From NCBI GenBank assembly GCA_041640595.1, contig JBEPZY010000001.1, forward strand, positions 1,026,657 to 1,090,656: a stretch of DNA of 64,000 nt, read 5' to 3'. Positions 8,977 through 16,950 of this stretch are shown here, one piece after another. Each line of letters begins with the position of its first letter. The stretch's first letter is position 1. Both the position numbers and the translations under genes were made by a program. The notes under the pieces are model-generated. The model was given only the letters and a program-made list of their open reading frames with translations, did not search any database and was not told the origin of the DNA. The DNA comes from Gemmatales bacterium. GTDB taxonomy: Bacteria; Planctomycetota; Planctomycetia; Gemmatales; HRBIN36.

Positions 8977-10005
8977 ATGAATGCAAAGTGGTTGGTGACC
9001 GGAGCCACAGGCTTTATCGGCAGCCACGTCGCCGAGACCGTGGCGGGACAAGGAAAGCCAGTTGTGGCTTTAGTCCGACCCGGTAGCGATGCGAGTTGGC
9101 TGGAATCGCTCGGCGTGGAGGTTGTACGCGGCGATCTGTTTGATGCGAAAGCTCTCGAACAGGCATGCGAGTCGGTGGCAGTGATCGTGCATTGTGCGGC
9201 ACGGGTAGGCGACTGGGGGCCCGTCGAAGAATATCGCCAGGTCAACGTCGAGGGACTACGCCATCTGCTCGAGGTAGCGCGGAAAGTACCGCTTCAGCGG
9301 TTCATTCATCTGAGCAGTCTGGGGGTTTACGAAGCCCGCGACCATTACGGTACTGATGAGTCGGAGCCATTGCCCACTCGGCACATGGATGGTTACACCC
9401 AGACGAAAGTGGAAGCCGAGCAATTAGTGCGGCTCTATCACCAACAGTATGGCCTGCCAGCGGTGATTTTGCGTCCCGGTTTCGTCTATGGTGCTCGCGA
9501 TCGCACCGTGTTACCGCGATTGCTCCAGGCCCTCGAAAAGAAACAGGTACGCTATCTCGGCAGCGGCGAACAGCGGATGAACACCATTTATGTCGGCAAC
9601 CTGGTGCAGGCCATCCTGCTGGCCGCCGAGAAAAAAGAAGCCGTTGGCCAGACCTATAACCTCACGGACGGCGATGAGGTGACCAAACGCCGCTTCTTTG
9701 AAACCCTGGCGCAGGTTGCAGGTTTGCCGCCTCCGCAGGGAAGTGTACCGCGCTGGCTGGCACGTATCTTAGCTGCGGGCATGGAAACCTGGGCACGCTG
9801 GCGAGGTGAAACCCAACCGCCTAAACTGACCCGCGCCCGCGTCAAGTTCCTCGGCTTGAATCTGCATTTTTCCATTGACAAAGCTCGACGCGAACTCGGC
9901 TACCAACCTGAACCGGCTTTGGAAAAAGGGCTGCAGGAAGCCGTTACCTGGTATCGCCAGCATTCAGCTCATGCGGCGACACCTGCGCTGGCACAGACCT
10001 CCTGA
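8977..10005 (+). CDS. NAD-dependent epimerase/dehydratase (SDR) family protein
   Basis: VTGATGFIGSHV and YTQTK motifs. ATG 8977 is preceded by GGGGAGA. The upstream part of ORF 8767.. shows no homology. Confidence 0.85.
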   Translation: MNAKWLVTGATGFIGSHVAETVAGQGKPVVALVRPGSDASWLESLGVEVVRGDLFDAKALEQACESVAVIVHCAARVGDWGPVEEYRQVNVEGLRHLLEVARKVPLQRFIHLSSLGVYEARDHYGTDESEPLPTRHMDGYTQTKVEAEQLVRLYHQQYGLPAVILRPGFVYGARDRTVLPRLLQALEKKQVRYLGSGEQRMNTIYVGNLVQAILLAAEKKEAVGQTYNLTDGDEVTKRRFFETLAQVAGLPPPQGSVPRWLARILAAGMETWARWRGETQPPKLTRARVKFLGLNLHFSIDKARRELGYQPEPALEKGLQEAVTWYRQHSAHAATPALAQTS

Positions 10006-10059
10006 CATAAAATCGGGATTCCACTCTGCCCTTTGCTCAAGCTCTGTGGAGAGGTAACC

Positions 10060-11223
10060 ATGACCGACAAGTACACGCCAAAAAAGACCGACAAATTCGC
10101 TTTCGGCATCTGGTGCATCCAGAATCGCGGGCGCGACCCCTTCGGCGACGTGACCCGTCCGGAATTGAGTGTGCGGGAATGCCTGGAAGGATTAGCCAAA
10201 CGCAACGTTTACGCCTTCGAGTTCCACGACAACGACATCATTCCTTTCGGAGCTTCAGCCGCGGAGCGCGACCGTTGCATCCGCGAGGTGCGCAAGCTCA
10301 TGGACGATCTCGGTATCCGCGCCACGGTGATCACGACGAATTTGTTTTACCATCCCATTTTCAAAGACGGAGCGTTCACGAGCACCGACCCGGCAATCCG
10401 CAGTTTCGCGGTGCAGAAGGTCATGCAATGTCTCGATGTTGGTCACGAAGTGGGAGCCGAGGTGTACGTCTTCTGGGGTGGCCGCGAAGGCACTGAAGTG
10501 GACGCCAGCAAAGACCCGATCACTGCCAACGGCTATTTCCGTGACGCCGTCAACTTCTTATGCGAGTACGTGCTTGATAACGGCTACAACATCAAGTTCT
10601 CGATCGAACCGAAACCCAATGAGCCTCGCGGCGACCTTTACCTGCCGACGGTGGGGAGTGTGCTGGCGTTCATCCAGACGCTCGACCATCCGGAGATGGT
10701 CGGCACCAACCCGGAAGTCGCCCATATCAAGATGGCCGGGCTCAATGTCTATCACGAATTTGCTCAGGCTCTCGACGCCGGCAAGCTGCTCGATGTCCAC
10801 CTCAACGATCAAAAACCGCTCCGCTTCGACCAGGATTTGAGTTTTGCCAGCGAAAATCTCAAAGAGGCGTTTTTCCTGGTGAAATTGTTGGTGGACCACG
10901 GTTACGATCGCACCATCGGCTTCGACGCTCATCCCTACCGCAGCGAGGCCGACCCTTGGGATTTCGTCGAACGCAATATGCGCAATTACCTCATCCTCAA
11001 GGAAAAGGTGCAGCGCTTCAACGAGGATCGGGAAATCCAGGACCTGCTCAAGGAAATCCATGGTGCCCACCCCGACTGGGCCGGTGCATTCTCTCGTTAC
11101 AGCAAAGATGCCGCCACGCGGATCAAAAACGCCGCGTTTGACGTACAGGCCTTGACCAGTCGCCGACTTCCTTACGAGCGGCTCGACCAGCTGGTAACGG
11201 AGCTGTTACTGGGGGTGCGCTAA
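10060..11223 (+). CDS. xylA: xylose isomerase (class I, short form)
   Basis: FAFGIWC, FEFHDNDIIPFG, VFWGGREG and SIEPKPNEPRGD motifs. About 387 aa. GGAGAGG precedes ATG 10060. Confidence 0.9.
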   Translation: MTDKYTPKKTDKFAFGIWCIQNRGRDPFGDVTRPELSVRECLEGLAKRNVYAFEFHDNDIIPFGASAAERDRCIREVRKLMDDLGIRATVITTNLFYHPIFKDGAFTSTDPAIRSFAVQKVMQCLDVGHEVGAEVYVFWGGREGTEVDASKDPITANGYFRDAVNFLCEYVLDNGYNIKFSIEPKPNEPRGDLYLPTVGSVLAFIQTLDHPEMVGTNPEVAHIKMAGLNVYHEFAQALDAGKLLDVHLNDQKPLRFDQDLSFASENLKEAFFLVKLLVDHGYDRTIGFDAHPYRSEADPWDFVERNMRNYLILKEKVQRFNEDREIQDLLKEIHGAHPDWAGAFSRYSKDAATRIKNAAFDVQALTSRRLPYERLDQLVTELLLGVR

Positions 11224-11236
11224 GGTCGCAGAAGCT

Positions 11237-11617
11237 ATGAGCCAGGAAGAAAAATGGCTGGCTTTTGCCTGCCATGTCGGAGGGGCTATCGGCGCTGTTT
11301 TACTGGCCAATCTCGGCTTCTTAGTACCGCTTGTCCTGTGGCTAGCCAAGCGGCAGCAGTCCGCCTTTGTGGATCGACACGGTAAAGAGGCCCTCAATTT
11401 CCAGCTCAACATGCTTCTGGCCGGACTGCTGTTGCTCGCATTACTTTCCATGTTTCGCGGGAGCATACTGCGCCCATTTCAGATACTGGAATGGCATAAC
11501 TGGCCGGTATTCAGTCTCCTCTTGGTGCTCAATATCGTGCTCTCGGTATTGGCCGGAATCGAAGCCTACAACGGCCGGGATTACCGTTATCCGTTCATCG
11601 TGCGGCTGATTCGCTAA
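11237..11617 (+). CDS. DUF4870-like small membrane protein
   Basis: Pattern LVPLVLWLAKRQQSAFVDRHGKEALNFQLNMLL and about 4 hydrophobic segments. Confidence 0.65.
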   Translation: MSQEEKWLAFACHVGGAIGAVLLANLGFLVPLVLWLAKRQQSAFVDRHGKEALNFQLNMLLAGLLLLALLSMFRGSILRPFQILEWHNWPVFSLLLVLNIVLSVLAGIEAYNGRDYRYPFIVRLIR

Positions 11618-11625
11618 ATGCCCGG

Positions 11626-13035
11626 TTAGTGCACGATGACGGTCTTGACCTCGGTCATTTCGAGGATGGCGTACCGCGGACCTTCTTTGCCCATGCCACT
11701 TTCTTTCAATCCGCCGTAGGGCATGAGGTCGGCACGCCACTGGGGCCCCCAGTTGATGTGAATGTTTCCCGACTCAACTTCCCGAGCAAACCGCAGGGCC
11801 CGGTCTATGTTCTGCGTGAAAATGGCAGCACTCAGACCGTACACCGTATCGTTGGCCAGTCGGATCGCTTCATCCAGATCGGCAACGGGTGTGACTGCCA
11901 CCGCCGGGCCAAACAACTCCTCGCAGGAAATTCGCATGGTGGGGCTGACATCCGCCACGATGGTCGGCGCATAGATTGCGCCACGACGGACACCGCCGGT
12001 GATCAGCTTCGCGCCTGCATCCACCGCCTCGCGCACCCATTGTTCGACGCGAATGGCATCGCGTTCGCGGACCATCGGCCCCATCTGCGTTTGTTCCTGC
12101 AAGGGATCGCCCACCCGTAGCGCTTCGACAGCAGGTTTGAGCGCGTCGAGATAATCGCGGTAAATCTTCCGGTCGGCCAGAACCCGTTGCGTCGAAATGC
12201 ACACCTGCCCGGCGTTGCTGTAACCAGTAGCGACAGTAGCCCGCACCACTTTTTCCATATCGGCATCGTCCATAACAATCAGCGGGGAATTGGAACCCAA
12301 TTCCATCGTAACTCGTTTCAGACCGGCAATGTGGCAGATGCGTTCGCCGACGTCCCGGCTGCCGGTGAAGCTAATCTTGCGAACGCGCCGATCGCGGCAG
12401 AGCAGCTCGCCAAGCTCGCCACCGGGACCGGTCAAGCACTGAATCGCCTCCGGCGGAAAACCGGCCTGCAGGAGAATTTCGCACAGTTTCAGGCTGGAAA
12501 GGGGCGTATCGGTGGCGGGTTTGAGGATCACCGCGTTGCCAGCTGCTAAGGCCGGGCCTACCTTGTGGCAAACCAGCATCAGCGGAAAATTGAAAGGTGT
12601 AATCGCCACCACGACCCCGCACGGAACACGCAGGGTGAAACCGAACTTCCCCGCTCCTCCTGGGGCCGCATCCAGAGGCAACACTTCGCCGTACAAGCGT
12701 TTTGCTTCCTCGGCGGAAAGTTGCATGGTTTGAATTGAACGATTGACCTCAAAACGGGCCTCGTTGATCGGCTTGCCCTCTTCGAGCGTGATTGTACGGG
12801 CCAGGTCTTCCTGCCGCTGTTTCATGAGTTCGACCGCCCGCTGTAACCGTTCAAAACGCTCCAGAGCCGGCATCTTCCGCATCAACTCCGCGCCACGTTG
12901 AGCCGTGCGCAGAGCCAACTCGACATCCTCAGCATCAGCGCGGGGCACTTCGTCAACCACGCGACCATCATAAGGGTGCACCACGGGAATTTTCTGCGGT
13001 TTATCTCGCCATTCTCCGCCCACCAGCATACGCAT
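11626..13035 (-). CDS. NAD(P)-dependent aldehyde dehydrogenase family protein
   Basis: FTGSRDVG, MELGSNSP and catalytic NAGQVCISTQR motifs. GGGAGGA lies 7 nt before ATG 13035. Confidence 0.9.
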   Translation of the reverse strand: MRMLVGGEWRDKPQKIPVVHPYDGRVVDEVPRADAEDVELALRTAQRGAELMRKMPALERFERLQRAVELMKQRQEDLARTITLEEGKPINEARFEVNRSIQTMQLSAEEAKRLYGEVLPLDAAPGGAGKFGFTLRVPCGVVVAITPFNFPLMLVCHKVGPALAAGNAVILKPATDTPLSSLKLCEILLQAGFPPEAIQCLTGPGGELGELLCRDRRVRKISFTGSRDVGERICHIAGLKRVTMELGSNSPLIVMDDADMEKVVRATVATGYSNAGQVCISTQRVLADRKIYRDYLDALKPAVEALRVGDPLQEQTQMGPMVRERDAIRVEQWVREAVDAGAKLITGGVRRGAIYAPTIVADVSPTMRISCEELFGPAVAVTPVADLDEAIRLANDTVYGLSAAIFTQNIDRALRFAREVESGNIHINWGPQWRADLMPYGGLKESGMGKEGPRYAILEMTEVKTVIVH

Positions 13036-13342
13036 GGCCCAATCCTCCCTGTCGGTCAAATGGCTCAAATTCGCATAGTGCGTTTCGCATATTGTAGTGG
13101 CTTACACCGTACTTCAGGCGCGAACGCCCGTTGATTGACCCAATCTTTTTTCTGGGAGTGCCCCCGGTTCGCGGAAACCGGATAAGTGCCCTCCAAAAAG
13201 TAACACAGTGCTCAGGCCAGAGCAAATCACTCGGCCCGGCTCCATGATCCTGGACGATAAATTTCACGTGCCTAAGAAAACTTGGTCGGCGTCGTCGTGT
13301 ATGTCGGAATATGCCTGATTTCGGAGCTTGTGGAGGACGGTC

Positions 13343-14572
13343 ATGAAGCGAGCCTCTGCATCAGTTATGGCAACCGCTGTGGCAATGTCCTGGCTCATCG
13401 TAGCTGGTGGTTTCCCAGTCGCAGCGGGTAAAGACGACGGCCCCCCTGTCGAGGTGAAAGGCCTTGCCGACTCGCTCAACAAATTCACATGGGACGTTTA
13501 TCCCAGGTTGAGGAGCAAGCCGGGTAATCACTGTTTTTCTCCCGTGGCCATAGCCAATTCGCTGACACTCGTAGCAGCAGGTGCCCGTGGCAGAACAGCC
13601 GACCAGCTTTTCACTGCGCTTCACCTTAACGACCGCCGCGGAGAACGAACGCATGAGGCAATGCGACAATTGAGTGAATGGCTGAAAGTATATAGCGGAC
13701 AAGCAGGGTGTGAACTGCATCTGGCCGTTGCGTTATGGACTCGCGGTGAGCGGAACTTGCAACCCGGCTATGTCGAGCTGGGTCGTAAGTTTTATGGGGC
13801 TGAGTTTCACCGCCTGGCTCATGACGATCCTCCCGAAAAGCTGCGACAGCGAATTAACCAGTGGGCCGAGCGCCAAACCAAAGGCAAGATTACGCAATTG
13901 CTCGTGGATAACGATCTCGACGCGGGCATTCCTCTGTTACTCACCAGTGCCAACTACTTTCAGGCTAACTGGAAGTTTCCTTTTGACCAGCGCCTGACCC
14001 AGCAACAGGATTTTGTTACCGACTCCGGCAAAACGGTGCGAGTTGCTATGATGCACGGCATGTTCTGGCTTCCGTATTATGCAGATGAGCAGGTGCAACT
14101 GGTGCTGTTGCCTTATTCGTGTACCGGGCTGAATATGGCCATTCTGATGCCCAGAGGCAACCAAACTGAGCTGAGCAAGCTCGAGCAATCCTTGCAAAGT
14201 GAATCGTTACAACGGTGGCTATCGGGTGCCCAGGTAGATAGAGTCGACTTATCCTTACCTCGTTTCCAGGTGCAGGGTAGCTATCGTTTGGAACACGTGT
14301 TAGCCGAACTCGGTTGCAAAGACGTTTTTACTCTTGGTGTTGCCGATCTCAGCGGCATCACGGGGAACCGCGACCTGTACGTGGGCCGAATGTGGTATAA
14401 GGCATTGACGACCGTCAGCGAACAGGGCACAGAAGCCGCGGCGGCAACAACTGTCGAATTCAAGGCCGTACCTGTTGCGTTTCGCGTCAACCGACCATTT
14501 TTGTTCCTGATAATGGACATCCGCTCGGGTTTGATACTATTCGCCGGTCGTGTGGTAAACCCGCTGGGTTAG
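13343..14572 (+). CDS. serpin family protein, secreted
   Basis: GGAGGA precedes ATG 13343, followed by a signal peptide. Hinge EQGTEAAAATTV and C-terminal NRPFLFLIMD...ILFAGRVVNP are serpin hallmarks. Confidence 0.85.
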   Translation: MKRASASVMATAVAMSWLIVAGGFPVAAGKDDGPPVEVKGLADSLNKFTWDVYPRLRSKPGNHCFSPVAIANSLTLVAAGARGRTADQLFTALHLNDRRGERTHEAMRQLSEWLKVYSGQAGCELHLAVALWTRGERNLQPGYVELGRKFYGAEFHRLAHDDPPEKLRQRINQWAERQTKGKITQLLVDNDLDAGIPLLLTSANYFQANWKFPFDQRLTQQQDFVTDSGKTVRVAMMHGMFWLPYYADEQVQLVLLPYSCTGLNMAILMPRGNQTELSKLEQSLQSESLQRWLSGAQVDRVDLSLPRFQVQGSYRLEHVLAELGCKDVFTLGVADLSGITGNRDLYVGRMWYKALTTVSEQGTEAAAATTVEFKAVPVAFRVNRPFLFLIMDIRSGLILFAGRVVNPLG

Positions 14573-14884
14573 CAAATTGGTGCAGCCTGGGTGGCACTTT
14601 TTAGCATAAACCATTGCCCAACTGCGGCGTTACGGCAGCATGAATCAGTATGCTACCGACCTAACCACTCATTCCCAGGGCCAAGCACTTTGATCCCAGG
14701 GCGTGAAATCCTCGGCAGCGTTCGCGTATTGATGCAAAGTGCGAAACAGCTGCCCAGCCATCGGGAAATTTATCAACTTGCCCACAGGTGGCACGTCTCT
14801 TGCGAGGAGGCTGGAAGCCCCTGCAAAGTGCAAAGCTAAATGAATGCCCGCGGCCGAGTTCGACCGTAAGTTTTGGGGCAATGG

Positions 14885-15751
14885 CTATGGGCGTGGGCCA
14901 CCGAATCCGCCGAAAGGTGGTCCGCCAAAACCGCGACCGCTTCCAAAACTGATACCGCGCTGTTGCATCCGTTCCTGCATCAATCGGCGATATTCCGAAC
15001 GCATTGCTCGCATTTCCGGGCTGGTGTGATCGAGGTAAAGGCGACGCAGGCGGTCACGCTCTTCGCTAGAAAGAGGCCTGCGTTGACCAGATGGGGCTGG
15101 ACCTCCCGCCTGTGGGCCCGGGCCTCCCGGTCCGCGCCCTCCTGGCCCACCGAAACCAGGTTTGCCACCTGGGCCGGGACCTGCAGCCGGACCGCCAGGG
15201 CCAGGACCACCGGGATTCCCAGCCCACGGAGGTTTGCCACCGCCTCCCGAATTACCCGAACCGCTGGGGCCACGTGGACCGCGACCACCACCAAAGCCTC
15301 CCTGTTGCATTCGCTGTTCCCACTGCCGACGTCGTTCCAGCATCCGGTCAATTTCCTCGTCAATGCGTTTGATGCGCTGTTCGTAAGGGAGGCTGAAAAA
15401 TTCCCGGAGACGGTCATTGAACCGGTTGTTTTCCTCCATTTCGGCCCAGAGGATCGTGCGCTGCTCTTCGTTGAGATTGCGCATGTTCTGGAACATCTCC
15501 CGCATTAGTTCCCACCGCTTTTGCGGATCGGTCTCGTTGTCAATTTTTTCACGAAGGGCGAAAATTTTTTCCAGTTCCGGATCGGGACGGTTACTGTACC
15601 ACCAGGCGAAGGCCATCCCGCCCAGGAAAAGCAACAGGATAAGCACGACCGCAACAATGGCCACCTTCTCCCGTTCCTCACGGAGAAAGTCCCGGACACG
15701 AAGGGCCTTCTCGCGCGTCCATTCCCAGGCACGTTCGAAATACTCGCGCAT
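14885..15751 (-). CDS. membrane-anchored hypothetical protein with long Gly/Pro-rich low-complexity region
   Basis: AAGGAG precedes ATG 15751. One TM segment (VAIVAVVLILLLFLGGMAFAWW), helical charged segments, and an about 75-aa GGPG/RGP tract. The C-terminus is FGGPPFGGFGGPRP. Confidence 0.6.
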   Translation of the reverse strand: MREYFERAWEWTREKALRVRDFLREEREKVAIVAVVLILLLFLGGMAFAWWYSNRPDPELEKIFALREKIDNETDPQKRWELMREMFQNMRNLNEEQRTILWAEMEENNRFNDRLREFFSLPYEQRIKRIDEEIDRMLERRRQWEQRMQQGGFGGGRGPRGPSGSGNSGGGGKPPWAGNPGGPGPGGPAAGPGPGGKPGFGGPGGRGPGGPGPQAGGPAPSGQRRPLSSEERDRLRRLYLDHTSPEMRAMRSEYRRLMQERMQQRGISFGSGRGFGGPPFGGFGGPRP

Positions 15752-15773
15752 GGCCAGCTCCTTTGTCGAGGGC

Positions 15774-16355
15774 CTATTGACAATGGCCGTCGGCGTACAC
15801 AATCACCCGACTGGTGGGCGTTCCCTCAGGGCCGTGGAAATTGTCGAAGTCGTAGCTGAGCATGATCTGGTGGCTACCTCGTTGCCGTTGCGCTTCGAGT
15901 TCCTCCAGCGTTTTCCCGGCCACGCTGGACGGATATTCGTAGCTCAAGCCGATGTCGGGATAATTTTTCGCCCGCTCACGTTCCCAGTAGTGGTAATACT
16001 GCGGAGTATTGGGATCCGTCATGCGATCCACGGGGCAGCGGAAAATCAAGCCATTGCCTTCGACGTATGGGTAGAGTTCATCAGCCAGGGTGGGTCGCTG
16101 CGGCGCGATGCTGGGCATCTGGGCCGCGTCGGGGTAGCGCAACCCATTAGTCTGACGGTACATCTCCAGAGCCAGACCGATCTGTCGGAGATTGTTCATA
16201 CACTTGACGCGATTGAACGCCTGCCGCACGCGCTGTACGGCCGGCATCATCATCCCCATCAGCATCATAATAATCGCCAGCACCACCAGCAGTTCGACCA
16301 GCGTGAAACCACTCTTACGGCCTACCATTTGCTTTCTCGCGCGACTAGCTGACAT
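15774..16355 (-). CDS. prepilin-type N-terminal cleavage/methylation domain protein (DUF1559/HX9DG-like)
   Basis: [24 protein letters not shown]-terminus and C-terminal ...FHGPEG...[14 protein letters not shown] precedes ATG 16355. Confidence 0.8.
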   Translation of the reverse strand: MSASRARKQMVGRKSGFTLVELLVVLAIIMMLMGMMMPAVQRVRQAFNRVKCMNNLRQIGLALEMYRQTNGLRYPDAAQMPSIAPQRPTLADELYPYVEGNGLIFRCPVDRMTDPNTPQYYHYWERERAKNYPDIGLSYEYPSSVAGKTLEELEAQRQRGSHQIMLSYDFDNFHGPEGTPTSRVIVYADGHCQ

Positions 16356-16493
16356 AGCTTGCCCTCCGGCGAGCAGACGAAGCTCTATCCGGATCTTACC
16401 AGAACAAGATTAATGCCTGATGAAACAGTAAAGATTTTTGCAGTGGCCGAGCATGGCCCCTATGGTTGCCACTCAACCAGCCCCGTACCTCAG

Positions 16494-16594
16494 CAAACCA
16501 GTCGGCCAACTGGAAGTCGAAAGTCCTGCGGACTGGCTAACCCTCTGCCCAATGCGGCCCCCTAACAAACCAGTCGGCCAACTGGAAGTCGAAA
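16494..16594. repeat. two perfect 29-bp direct repeats (period 72 bp)
   Basis: CAAACCAGTCGGCCAACTGGAAGTCGAAA occurs at 16494-16522 and 16566-16594. Each copy carries the imperfect palindrome CCAGTcggccaACTGG. Confidence 0.9.
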
Positions 16595-16609
16595 ATGGTG
16601 TATCGGTAG

Positions 16610-16630
16610 GCGGAAGTGTTTCCGCTTTTC
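16610..16630 (+). terminator. orphan intrinsic-terminator-like hairpin
   Basis: GCGGAA (16610-15) pairs with TTCCGC (16620-25) around loop gtgt, followed by TTTTCT. No annotated plus-strand gene lies upstream. Confidence 0.45.
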
Positions 16631-16702
16631 TCGGACACGTCGCCGACCGGTTTTTGCACCGCAGCGTATATGCCTGCAAAGGAGGCGATTGGGCTGATTT
16701 GC

Positions 16703-16731
16703 TTGACGTGTAACAGGCATACTGGTAACAT
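16703..16731 (+). promoter_or_regulatory. sigma-70-like promoter candidate for the cimA leader
   Basis: TTGACG (16703-08), a 17-nt spacer, then TAACAT (16726-31) with an upstream TGn (16723-24). Confidence 0.35.
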
Positions 16732-16800
16732 ATCAGCAAACTCCACAGCGGGAGCAGCTTGCAGCCCGTTCTTTACCTGAATCCACAAGGAACGGCATTG

Positions 16801-16857
16801 ATGCTGGTTCGAGTCGGTCGGATTGGCGAGGCAGTGATTATTATTACCGGCCTGTAA
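16801..16857 (+). CDS. 18-codon Ile/Val/Leu-rich leader peptide (attenuation uORF) of cimA
   Basis: AAGGAA (16787-92) lies 8 nt before the ATG. The peptide is MLVRVGRIGEAVIIITGL*. ATT ATT ATT at 16837-45 sits immediately 5' of hairpin segment 1. Confidence 0.6.
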   Translation: MLVRVGRIGEAVIIITGL

Positions 16858-16900
16858 TGGGCCGGGAGGCTCCCGCTGTCCGAATCCGCGAGCAGCAACC

Positions 16901-16931
16901 GGCCCTGAGAGAAGCACTCGGGGCCTTTTTT
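16901..16931 (+). terminator. attenuator (intrinsic terminator) 20 nt upstream of the cimA start
   Basis: GGCCCTGAG (16901-09) pairs with CTCGGGGCC (16917-25): 9 bp with one G-U, and a 7-nt loop. TTTTTT follows at 16926-31. The left arm can alternatively pair with 16859-65. Confidence 0.75.
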
Positions 16932-16950
16932 ATTGCCAGCGAGCACAACC

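Noticed and set aside
14592-14608. TGGCACtttttaGCAT after the serpin gene (a sigma-54-like element or a terminator).
   Set aside because: The spacing is off by one, the -12 TTGC is absent, no downstream plus-strand gene exists, and the flanking sequence does not form a real stem.
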